DNA of 64,000 nucleotides from Blastocladiella emersonii ATCC 22665. Lineage: Eukaryota; Fungi; Blastocladiomycota. The position numbers and the translations under genes were made by a program. Of the stretch, positions 34,694 to 45,800 are shown piece after piece; positions within the stretch are counted from its first letter, which is position 1, and every line of letters starts with the position of its first letter. The stretch lies in contig JANHCV010000005.1 in NCBI GenBank assembly GCA_025594325.1, positions 1,550,001-1,614,000 of the forward strand. The letters run 5' to 3'. Under the pieces are notes generated by a model. It did not search any database and had not been told where the DNA came from. It saw only the letters and a program-made list of their open reading frames with translations.

Positions 34694-37605
34694 ATGTCCG
34701 CTACGCGCTTCACGCTCGGGCCCGCCCCCTTCACGACGCGCACATTTGTGGGCCGTCCCGCCGTCGGCAAGGTCGGCACGCCCGTCCGCGTCGTCGCCAA
34801 CCACTACGCGCTCTCGCTGCTCAACAACATCACCGTGCACCACTACGACGTGGTCATCTCGCCCGAGCCGACCAAGTCGCTCGCGCGCAAGGTGTGGGCC
34901 GAGTGGGAGCGCGCGCACGGCGCCAAGCTCGGCGTCATGGCCGCCTACGACGGCGTCAAGAACCTGTTCGCGCCCAAGCCGCTGCCCCAGGACCACATGC
35001 AGTTCGACGTTGTGCTGCCCGCCACGACCGAGGGCAAGCGCGCCAAGGAGTTCAAGATGACCGTCAAGCTCGCCTCGACCATCAACCGTACGCTCTCTCG
35101 CTCCCTGCGCTCGTCCTCGCCGATCCGCTATTGACTCTCTTTGCGCGTGTAGTGAGCGAGCTGACCTCGTTCCTCGACAAGCGCACCTCGCTGTCCAACA
35201 ACGTCCTGACCTCGATCATGGCGCTCGACGTCGTGTTCCGCCAGTCGCCCCTCAAGCGCATGCTGGTACGCTATCTTCGCGTTTCTCCGTGTCAGAAACC
35301 GACTCTGACACCGCCCATTCTCTAGCCTGCCGGCCGCTCGTTCTTCGACCCGACGTCGCGCCCGGTCGACCTCGGCGGCGGCCTCAACCTGCTGTCGGGC
35401 CTGTTCATGTCGGTGCGCCCGGGCGTCGGCACCATGACGCTCAACACCGACACGGCGTACACGGCCTTCTACAAGCCGCTGCCCATGGTCGAGTTTGCGC
35501 GCGAGGTGCTCGGCCGCGCCATGCCGCCCGCCACCCAGGAGCTCATGCCGCGCGACCTGATCCGCCTCGAGAAGATGGTCCGCCTGCTCGTCGTCGCGGT
35601 CAAGCACCGCGGCGCCCTCAACCCGCGGTTCCGCGTGCTCAAGCTCACGCGCACGTCGGCCGCCAAGACCAAGTTCACGCTGTCGCCGCCCGCGCCGCCC
35701 GCCGAGGGTGCCGCGGCGGCGCCTCCCGCTGGTGCTACGAGCTCGCCGGCCAAGGGCGGCAAGAAGGGCGCCGCCGGCAAGGGTGCCGCGGGTGCTGCTC
35801 CCGCTGGTACCGGTGGCGTCAGCGGGGCTACGGCGGCGCTCGCGCGCCTAACGGTCGGCGGCAAGCCGCGCGAGGTCACGGTCGCCGAGTACTTCGCCGC
35901 GGCCTACAACCTCAAGCTGCAGTACCTGAACCTGCCGTGCCTCGTCGTTGGCACGCCGCAGCGGCAGACGTACCTGCCCATGGAGGTGGCCGTCATCGAC
36001 GCCGGCCAAAAGTACCGCGGCAAGCTGTCCGAGGACCAGACGTCCAACGTCATCAAGATCGCGGCCAAGAAGCCGCTCGAGCGCATGGCGCAGCTTAAGC
36101 AGCTCATCTCGACCACGGCCAACCTCGCGTCGGACCCGTACCTGCAGGCGTTCGGCGTCAAGGTCGCGCCCGAGCTCATGTCGGTGCAAGGCCGGTTCCT
36201 GTCGACGCCCAAGCTGCAGATCGGCGGCAACAAGATGACGGTGCCGCGCGACGGGTCGTGGAATTTCGCCAACGCGCGCGTCGCAGCGGGCGCGCGTATC
36301 TCGTCCATCGGCGTGCTTAGCTTCGCCGACCCGCGGTACCTGCCCGAGGAGCGCGTCGAGGAGAAGATGGACGCGCTGTTCAACATGTGCGAGAAAATGG
36401 GCCTCGTCTTCAACCCGAACAAGAAGACGAAGACGACATACCCGATCCGATCGGCGCGCACGGGCCGCGGCGGGTTTGGGCCCGAGGCCATCAAGACGGC
36501 GCTGTTCGAGATTTACAACGAGACCGAGGCCACGTTCGGGCAACGGCCCGACATCATCGTCGTGATTCTGCCGCGCAAGGAGACGGCGCTGTACGCAGAG
36601 ATCAAGCGCGTCGGCGACATTGAGCTCGGTGTCCCGACGCAGTGCCTCGTCCAGGCCAAGATCGAGCGCGCCAACGAGCAGTATTGGGCCAACGTCGTCC
36701 TCAAGGTCAACGTCAAGGTGCTCGGTGCCGGCGCCGCGGTCCCGGCCACGACCAACTTTTCGCTCGCCCAGTCCAAGTACATTGGCGCAGGCGAGTCGGT
36801 CATGCTCGTCGGCGCCGACGTGTCGCACCCGTCGCCCGGCGCCGGCCACGCGTCGATCGCGTCCATGGTCGCCACCATGGACCCCAAGTGCGCGGGCCGA
36901 TACTCGGCCGAGGTGCGCGCGCAGCCGTCGCGCCAGGAGGAGATTGCGGACGTGCGTGGCATGTTCGCGGCGCTGCTGCGCCGGTACTACCTCGCCAACA
37001 AGAACACGTTCCCCAAGAAGATTATCGTGTACCGCGACGGCGTGTCCGAGGGCCAGTTCGACATTGTGCTCAAGGGCGAGCTCGAGGGCATCCGGTCCGT
37101 GCTCAAGAAGGCGGGCGCGTACGAGCAGACGCGCATCACGTTTATCACGGTCCAGAAACGCCACCACACGCGCTTCTTCGCGACCAACCCGGGCGACAAC
37201 GACCGCTCGGGCAACCTCAAGGCCGGCCTCGTCGTCGACACGGGCGTCACGCACCCGACCGACTTCGACTTTTTCCTGCAGTCGCAGGCCGGCCTGCAGG
37301 GGACCAGCCGCCCGACGCGCTACGCGGTCCTGCACGACGAGAACAACTGGACGGCCGACGACCTACAGCTCTTCACCTACCACCTCTGCTACACATACGC
37401 GCGGTGCACGCGCAGTGTCAGCGTCGCGCCGCCCGCCTACTACGCGCACCTCGTCGCCTTCCGGTCGCGCCACCACCTGCTCTCGTCCGAGTCCATGTCC
37501 GACACGGCGTCCGTGTCCACGGCGCGCTCGGGCGACAAGGACGCGCCCGTCCCCGAGCTCGCCAAGGTGCACGCGAACCTCGCCGCGTCCATGTACTACA
37601 TGTGA
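34694..37605 (+). CDS. AGO: Argonaute (N-L1-PAZ-L2-MID-PIWI), 3 exons
   Basis: VANHY, YDG..NLF, GLFMSVRP, YLPMEV, PTQC, GADVSHP, RQEEI, IVYRDGVSEGQ, QKRHHTRFF, GTSRPTRY, YTYARCTRSVS, PPAYYAHL; two gtacgc..tag introns. Confidence 0.97.
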
Positions 37606-38083
37606 CCGTTCTCTCCCTCTCGTTGATGTTGTTGATGGAAATGAATTTCCTCGTGACGTTGAATCAAGTTTTCCGCTTCGCGTTGATCTCTCCTGTCACT
37701 TCAGCATGCGTGTCATGAGGTGAGTGCACTGGGCGAGTTTTGACCGTAGGGCGGTCAAGGACTTCAAGAGAGCTAGCTGCCATGAAAACTCTCTTGACGA
37801 TGCACGCCCGCAACACTACCGTCGGCACACGCGTCGTTCAAACACACCTGACCCACGTGATATCAAAACGCGTCTCAACAGTTTGGGACACAGTGACGAG
37901 GGAGAACAGAGCGAAGGTGTCGAATATCGTGTATCGAGCTCGGATATGAGGCAGTGAACGGCCACAGGTCCCGATGGTCACTGGGAAACGCAGCTCGCTG
38001 TCGCAAGACTTTGCGCCCCCGCAGCGAAGGACGCAACTGACATGCTATTTACAAAGCAAACAACAAAAATTGGAGGTAAAGTA

Positions 38084-38309
38084 CACTGGCCGATAATGCG
38101 GCCGAACGAGGGTCACCCGGCCCAGTAGGGCAAGGGCACCTCGCAGCTGGGCTCGCTGCTACTATTCGAGCCACCGCCCCGCCGTTGACCCCAAACACAG
38201 TGCGTGCTCGTGGTCTTGGCAAAGGAAGTACGGACGTGCGGACACGATGCGTGTCACACGCTCCGACCCAGCTGGTGGATGGTGAGGGAAGGAGGAAGGA
38301 CGGCTTGGA
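38084..38309 (-). ncRNA. Candidate Fanzor omegaRNA scaffold / element right end
   Basis: Non-coding GC-rich tail right after the stop, with several stems: 38267-38274/38144-38151, a hairpin at 38232-38264, 38139-38143/38107-38111 and 38099-38103/38088-38092. Confidence 0.5.
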
Positions 38310-39260
38310 CTACTCGACCGTGGGCGTGGTGCGGCGCTTGCGGTGGTAGCGGTGCTTGGGGCGGGCGGCGGTCAGCGGGTTGCCATCCGCGTCCTTGGCC
38401 TGGCCCTCGAAGATGAGCCGCTTGATGGCGAACGAGAGGATGTTCACGGCCGCGTTGCGGTCACGCTGCACGCGGACGCCGCAGCGACGGCACGCGCGTG
38501 TCTGGTACACCTTCTTGTTCTTCTTGCCGAGCAGGTTGGTCTTGTCGGCCTTGGCGGCGGCGGGGTCGGCCATGGCGCGCGCGGCGCACCACTTGCTCGA
38601 GAAGCTCTCGTCGACGGCGTACACGGTGACGCCGCGCGAGCGCAGCTCCTTGACCATCTCGACCACGGGCCCTTGTTGGCCGCCGAGATCATGCCGAAGC
38701 CCGAGAAGTTGCGGCCGATGAGCACGACGTGGCCGCGCAGCGCGCGGGCGAGGTCGGCCCAGAACGCCTTGCGGCGGCCCTCGTTGGTGAACTTGGTGCT
38801 GTACACGCCGTGGCTGCAGCTCTCCTCGACCTTGGCCTCCATGTACTCGGTGCCGACCCGAGCGACCGCGCGGTGGTCTCCGGCAACGCACGAGTGAGCT
38901 GCATCGCCTGGTACGAGGCCCGCCTTGGCGCGCGGCGCCTTGCGCTGCTCGCGGGCCTGGTCGGTACCGGCGTGGTGGTGGAACTCGCGACTCGACAGCG
39001 ACCGAAACAGCGGCCGAGTCAGGACGACGCGCGAGACCGCCGACCGAATGTACGCCTTGAGCACCTCGGACCACGGGCCGTCGCCGCCGTCGGCCGCCCA
39101 GTACGCGAGGTACTGGAGCCGCCGGAACAGGCGCGCGAGCTCGAACGGCACGACGAAGCCGGTGAGGAAGTCGCGCACGCCAGCGTCGATGACGAACATG
39201 GGCTGGCCGTAGCGGATGACAACCTTCTTCTTGTGCGACTCGATCTTGTCGCGACCGCCG
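38310..39260 (-). pseudogene. Fanzor (TnpB-family RNA-guided endonuclease), C-terminal ~316 aa, one frameshift
   Basis: RuvC-I FVIDAGVRDFLTG (D 39185-39187), LSSREFHHHAG, KFTNEGRRKAF, VVLIG, RuvC-II VYAVDESFSSKWC (E 38607-38609), CRRC zinc knuckle, RuvC-III QRDRNAAVNIL (D 38460-38462); -1 frameshift at ~38668-38671. Confidence 0.88.
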
Positions 39261-39896
39261 GTAGAAGCGGTCGCGGGCCTCGAGCAAAGCATCGACGGAA
39301 CAGTCGACGCCAAGCCAGGCGCGCCAGCAGAGGCGGATTTCGTCCCGAGTCGCTTCATTTACAATTCGAAGGGACGACCCAGTAAGCCAATCTATGTCCA
39401 CGCAAGCGCGCAGCTGCTCGTTCCAAAAGTCGCGAACCTCGGGGTCGAGTACGATCGAGTACCAGAGCTGCCCGACGTAGCGCGTAAGCGTGGACAAGTC
39501 GAGTTTATCGGCTGAAGTGAAAGTGATGGCATGCAGAATGAGAAGGTTGCACGCGAGAACCTCGGACTGCCAGTCATTGAGCGTGAAGAAGAGCGTTGCG
39601 GTGGCGCCCTTTGCTGCGGCCTCAGTCACGGTGCACGCGACTTCGGCCAGATCGCCGCAACCGCACACGAGTGCCTGAAGATCAAGTCGTGTGCAAGGGT
39701 CGTGGTAGAGAAACAACTCACGCGGCGGTAGGCGGCGAAACGGGCGGAAGTTGTCGCCACGACCCCAGCGGTACGGCGTGCGGCACGTCAGCAGGGTCGG
39801 AGTCGGCGCGTCGGGTCTGTCGACGACAATAGCTGAGGTGGTTTGGAATACATTGCTGCCAGTGGCGGGCGCCTTCATTCGCTTCTTTGCTTTCAT
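39261..39896 (-). pseudogene. 3'-truncated DUF4470-family gene
   Basis: MKAKKRMK..LTCR..LVCGCGDLAE..LNDWQSEVLACNLLILHA..CWRAWL, colinear with the first ~215 aa of 42849..45935; similarity stops at EARDRFY. Confidence 0.8.
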
Positions 39897-40218
39897 TGTT
39901 GCGCGCAGGGGGAGAGCGAACGGCTTTGCCAGCGGAGTGCGACTTGTGGTACGCCACACTCTCGATCGGCCTGTCATTCCTCTCAACTTTTGGCCGGTGG
40001 CGCAGCGCGTCGCTCGCAGCCCCACGCCCCGATTCGTCTCGTCCCAACTGACTGTGTGGTTGCGAGAATCAAAGCAGAGCGACGGATTACGTGCGCAGAC
40101 GTGGCCAGTTGGTGTAGGCACGCGTCACAACGGAGGAACTGCGAGCGGGGTCGAGCAACGATTTTGACTATCGAACGAGTTCATGTATGTATTGGTATTC
40201 TAGCCGAAAATGGAGTAT

Positions 40219-41788
40219 CTACAGGGTCGTGGAGGAGGCCGCGGCCAGGGACTCGGCGCGCGAGAGCAAAAAGTAGGGGATCACGCCGAGCGCGATGCAC
40301 GCCAAAGCGAGGGACGAGGACAGCACCATCGCCTCCTGGAAGAAGGGAAAGACGACGAGGAACGTGGACACGAGGGCCATGAGGATCGGGCTGAACGCCG
40401 AGACCTGGAAGCCCGAGAAGTTCGGGTCGCGCTTGAACACATTGCCCGTTGCGCGGTACTTGAGGACGAGCAGGCCGAGCGCCGTGATGCCGTAGAAGGC
40501 CCAGACGGGGTACGAGACGAGGTCGATGATGAACCAGAACGTGTCGCCCTGCGGGATCAGGAGCAGCAGCATCGACATGACAAAGTTGAAGAACAGCGCG
40601 TTGACGGGGGTGCCGAACCGCGCGTTGACGTTGGAGAAGAAGCGCGACGGGTACATGAGGCCGGACTCGCCCGTCGCGTGGCCAACGCGGGACGCGACGA
40701 AGAGCGACACGAAGCAGCACGAGCTGACGCACAGGAAGATGAGCAGCATGACCACGACCTGGCCGGTGGGGCCAAACATGTTGGTCGCCCACTGCGACGC
40801 GATGCCGGAACCGAGCGTCGACATGTCGGCGAAGTTGAGCACGACGAGATACGAGATGTTGGCGAGGATGTAGAGGATGCACACCGTGCTGATGCCCATG
40901 ACCGTCGACCGGCGCACGTTGCGCTCGGGGTCCTTGAGCTCGCTCAGCGACGACGCCAGGCAGCTGAAGCCATCAAGCGACCACAGCACCTTGAACAGCG
41001 CCGAGGCCCAGTCGCCCGGGTTGGTCGTGGTGCCCGCGAAGAGGTGCGCGGCCGAGAAGTTGTCGAGCTGGCGCACGCTCGGCGCGACGCCAAAGAGCAC
41101 GAACATGCCGGTCGTCGAGAAGGCGAGCAGGCACAGCACGGCGATGGCCGTCACGAACGTGATGAAGTTGCCGGCGAGGTTGTTGGACGGGACGCAGGCG
41201 AGCGTCTGGATCACCAGTAGGATCGCGCCGATCATCTTGGCGTAGTACTCGCCGCCGGCGACGTTGGGGTCCTCGGGGAACGTGGCGGGGAACGCCGAGG
41301 CGAGGTACGTGCCCGCCATGACGGCGAGACTCGCGTTGTAGCCGGGGTTGATGAGCACAACACGGGTCCACGAGTACATGATCGCAACGAAACGGCGTGG
41401 CCGGCGGTAGGCCGCGTCGAGGAAGGGCGCGTCGCCGCCCGACACGGTGATGCGCGAGCCCAGCTCGGCGTAGTTGAGCGCGCCCGTGAAGGCGACGAAG
41501 GCGCCGAACACCCATAGAATCAGCGACGGGCCGACCGAGCCGATGATGCCGACGACCTTGCCCGGGTTGGTGAAGATACCGCTTCCGATCATGCCGCTGG
41601 AGAGCGAGGCGGGGGAGCGTTAGCAAATGCTCATAGCACGACCGTGCAAGTAAGCTAACGTACCCGGCGATTAGGGCGGCACCCTGGACCGCGCCGAGGC
41701 TCTTGCCGAGCGAGCACTGCTCGAGCACGCTCTCGGTGACCTTCTTGTCCGAGCTGCTGGCGGTGGGCTGAGGTGTTCTTGGTGACAT
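40219..41788 (-). CDS. APC-family amino acid permease (LAT/Mup1-like), 2 exons
   Basis: GMIGSGIFTNPG, ALNYAELG, GGD..FL, LWSLDGF, ELKDPERN, many TM segments; first exon MSPRTPQ..GAALIAG. Confidence 0.9.
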
Positions 41789-42848
41789 GGTGGCAAGTGT
41801 GATGCGCAAGTGCGGTGGTTGCGGGTGTTGGCTCGCGGGGCGGCCCCGGACTTTTGTAGTCGACGCGGCCATGGATCGTCGTGGGCGGACGCCCGGTCCC
41901 TGGTTCCTCGTCCTCGGTCGATGGATCAAGATGGATGGGAGAGACCCATGACGGGAAGGCGGAGGCGGCGCCGCAGTGATCTGTTTCAGCCCACCGTATC
42001 GGCGAACCGGGGCTGCCGTGCAACGAGCAAGCCACGACGGCTTCTCGGCGAGCCAGTCACTCCGTCGCAGATCATCTGGGCGATGGATCCAGGCCACTGA
42101 GACGCGTGCAACCGCTGGCCATCGCTGCCCTGGCAGGAACCACCCCCGGCCCTTCCTGCGCCCTGTGCCCTGCCCACGTGGTATCGCGACGCGTGCTTCA
42201 TAATCACGTTCGCGGGCTTCTAGATCATCACTTGATGATCCTTGGACGGCTCTGTCGACTGCACGCGCAGAGCGGTAACAGTAGACGGTCCACCGCGCGT
42301 CGACTGTCGCCAGCTTCCAGCTCAAGCGCACCGCCAGCGACAAGACGGCGGCCGCGCCCCAGGATAGGACCACGGCCATCGCGAACAGCAGTGCGCCGCT
42401 CATGGCGGTACAGTTTCTACACGCGGGATGCACCGAGGCGATCCGCAAGGTCGGCGGCCTGTTCCGCCAGTGGATTTCCGTCTCGTTCGTGCTCGTGGCC
42501 TCGTTGCGCGCGACAGCAGCCTGGACCGTGCTTGTGCTCATCGGCAACCAGCCACTCGTCACCGCGCTTCAAGGCGGTCCGCGCCGCGCCCGCACGAACA
42601 AATTTCTCACCGCGAATGAACTTTACGCAGTCGTGTGCCTCGCGTGACACGCGCTCGTCTCCGCGGCGCTCCACGGCGCGAGAACGTATGTTGATCAGCG
42701 AGGCGAGCTCAACACCCGCGACGCGTCCGTCGCGCCCGGCGAGACAAGTTGACGGGCTTGGCAGGCAGGAGCAAGCCACAGCGTGAGACACGTCGGCTTG
42801 CCTTCGCCGGCACGCTGCAACCTCCTCTCCTCTCCCTCGCGATGAACT

Positions 42849-45800
42849 ATGGCTGCAAAGAAGAAGAAGACGAAAGCTAATGGAACTTCCGGCAACAGCC
42901 GGACGCTCGGCTCGCCAGTGCTGACCTGCCGTCCGCGCATCTGCGACGAGCAGTCGGACGTCTTTCGGCCCTGCAACACGGCTCATCCGCGAGACCTATT
43001 GATGTACCACTACGTCGTTGGTGGCGAATCGTTCCGAAAGTACACACCCGATGACTACGGCCATGCCAGCCTCCTGGTCGTTGGTTGCGGCGATCTTCGC
43101 GACCTTGCGCGCACTGTGCAGGACGACCAAGTGAAATTCGGTGCCGCCGACCTTCGTTTCTTGCTCAACGATATCCGCCCCGAGGTGCTTGCGCGCAACT
43201 TGCTCATCCTTCACGCCGTCTCCACGAGCGCCATGGTCGACGAGTCTCTTGCGCGCCACGTTGCTCAGCTTTGGTTCTCGCTGTTCCTCGAGCCCGAAAC
43301 CCGTGCTTTCTGGGAAGCCAATATGCGTGCCTGTCTCGACGTGGACTGGGCCGAGTCTTCCGCGGCTTCGCTCTCGACCTTTGACGACGAGACGCTGCGC
43401 GCCGTACGCCACTGCTGGCGCTCGTGGCTCAACGTCGGCTGGTCCGTCGAGACGCTCCTCGAACATCGGACGCGGTACATCGAGTCGCATTGGGACCCGG
43501 CCATTCGCGACGCCACCGCGAAGCACCTTGCGCAGGGCTACGTCGAGCGGAATCTGGCGCGCTTCGGCAAGCACTTGGCGCGGGCGCGCGCGAGCCGGAT
43601 CGCGTGCACGGCCGAGCGCCCCGCCACCGACCGCACCTTTGCGGTCAACCCCGCCTCCGTTTCGGCAGCAGTTGTCAACCCGACCTTCCTGCTCGCTCGC
43701 GCCAATGGCACCGTGTACTACGCGGTGCCGGATCTCGCTCTTCCGTTCGAATCGCTCGACATCAACGTCACGACCGAATCGCCCGACTTGCGCTTGCTCG
43801 ACGACGTTTGGGACTGGACCACGGCCCTTCATGCGGCCTTTGGTCGCGACGCGAGGCCTCGGCACAAACTGTCGGTCGCGGTCGGCCACGCGGTTTGCTT
43901 CATGGAACAGCTCGCAGCGGACCCGGAACAGCGCTTTGACGTTGTGGACACGAACAACCTCCAGGACTCGGTCGGCCTGCTCAACGTCCTCGTTCACTCA
44001 ACCGCGCTCCTCAAGCCTTCACACCGCTTTGGGCCTGGGGGCCCAGTTATTTTCACCTACTCGACTCGCGCCGCTCAAATCGCTTCTGGCCAGAAAGCGT
44101 ACCTGGATGCGGCGACTGGACTTCCCACTGAGTTGTTCCAAACGCTTTTTGGTGTTGGGCTTCTCGAGCAACCTGCGGACGGAGACTGGATAAACCTTGT
44201 CAGCCATTTCTATGATCACGACGAAACCGTTCATCAGCGCGTCCAGTACTTGAGTTTCTCCCAGCTCGCGTCCCCGACAGTTCCTATCTCAATTGCAAAC
44301 TCGCCCTTCCTTCGCGAAGCTCTCATCCGTTGCGCAGCTCACTTCGACGCATCGCCGCCGGGTATGTCATCCTCGCTCACGGCGAGTAACCGCGGCGGAC
44401 TCACTGACACTCGAGTAACTGCTGTAGCCGCTCCTTACGGCAACTGCGCGATTATCCCGAAGCTCATTGCGGTTGCGCTTGCAGCGGGCCGGCTCACTTG
44501 GTCGGGGGCCAAGCAGGCCGCTTCGCCCTCAACGAGCTTACCACCTGAATTCTGGACGAAGCTTTTCGATTCGATGCCGTGCAGCCAGGTCGAGATGTCG
44601 AACGCTGTTTCGCTCTTTGGCCTCGAAGAGAAGAGTGACGGCAAGCAGCACGTTTGTTTTGAGTTCAACTTGCCACTTGATGACAACGCGACGGCCAGGA
44701 CGCCGCCGCCGCCGTCGTACTTGACGGCCATCGTCACGGCTCGCGATCAATCTTATCAATTCAGTTCGCTCGTCTTCGAGCTGTCGCCATCCGACTCGCG
44801 GGTTGCGCTCGTCAAGCTCTTCATGTCGCAGCACCTTGCGCGACGCTTCGCCGCCGGCGCGAATGTGAGCTTCCATCGCCAGTTTGTGGTGGTCCCAGGC
44901 GTCCATGCTCAGCCGAGCGAGCTTCTTGGCGGTCTGCCCGTTCCGCTCTCGTCAGCGGTCGTGACGCGAGTCCCATGTAATACCTTCCACGCGTTGGCTC
45001 GCGGCGTTCTGGCTTCTCGCAAGCCGCCAAAGGGTGCACCAAAGACCCCGGTGTTGCTCCCGGTCACGCACGCTGCCGACTTTCCTGATCGAATTGAGCT
45101 CACTCTGGCCATTCCGAAGCGCGAGATCAATGCTGCCATCAAGCGAGCTTCGGCAAATGGTGAGAGGGCAGCCTTTGGGGCTGCCGGGATCTCAGTCGGC
45201 AGCACCAGCGTTGTCGAAGTGCTCTACTTCCTTCCGTCGCGTGTGATCATGTCTGACGTTGTCGTTTCGCGGGCCCAACGTTCAGTTCTTGTCGTTCTCA
45301 AACGGGCACTTGGTCGAGGCTACTTTGAATCTGGTATCTTTTGTATGCCGCCCAGGGTTGGGCGCATCAAGAAGTGTCGGGTTACTGATCTCCCGATGCA
45401 GCTTGCCCTCAATCAAACTGTTTCCACCGAGATTGGTGATGCCTTCGCGGGGACGGAAGAACATGCTCTCGCCAAGCTTACTCTTGAGTTGTTCAAGGCT
45501 TTGTTTACCTCGGCGGCCGACCCGGTCACGCGGCTCATCGAGATCAAGTCGAGCAGGGACGAGGATGTGCTCGCCGTCATTATTCCCAACAATCTGGCGC
45601 TTGCGCCGCCGGCGGGTCCCGGGCTCGCGCCGATCCCGGTCATCGAGTGCTCCCTGGCTCACGCGCCCAAGTTCTATCTTGGGTCGTACAACAAACCCAC
45701 CCCCGATCCTCCGATTTTACTCTCGACAGCGAGGGATCACTTCCCTGCCGCTGCAGTGCGGTCGCTCACATTTGAGTCAAGTGACGACCATTTTCATCAG

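Larger units (their letters stand above)
38084..39260 (-). mobile_element. 5'-truncated Fanzor-encoding transposon remnant
   Basis: Fanzor RuvC coding region plus structured 3' tail. Left boundary is the loss of DUF4470 similarity (~39260); right boundary is inferred from a GC-to-AT shift at a TA (38082-38083). Confidence 0.65.

Noticed and set aside
38055-38085. Sm-site-like AATTTTTG and U1-like ACTTTACCT suggesting an snRNA
   Set aside because: No recognisable U1/U2/U4/U5 conserved loops upstream; consistent with ordinary AT-rich flank.
38084-39270. Terminal inverted repeats or Helitron ends for the Fanzor element
   Set aside because: The right end TA|CACTGGCC does not match the left junction TA|CCGGCGG, and there is no CTRR terminus; the left end appears deleted, so the transposon superfamily cannot be assigned.
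38310-40121. 603-aa ORF treated as one ordinary gene
   Set aside because: It is a composite: DUF4470 N-terminus, out-of-frame Fanzor middle, in-frame Fanzor C-terminus.
40973-42562. 529-aa minus-strand ORF and other ORFs in 41.8-42.8 kb
   Set aside because: The 3' part is an alternative frame of the permease; the 5' part lacks codon bias or any family motif.
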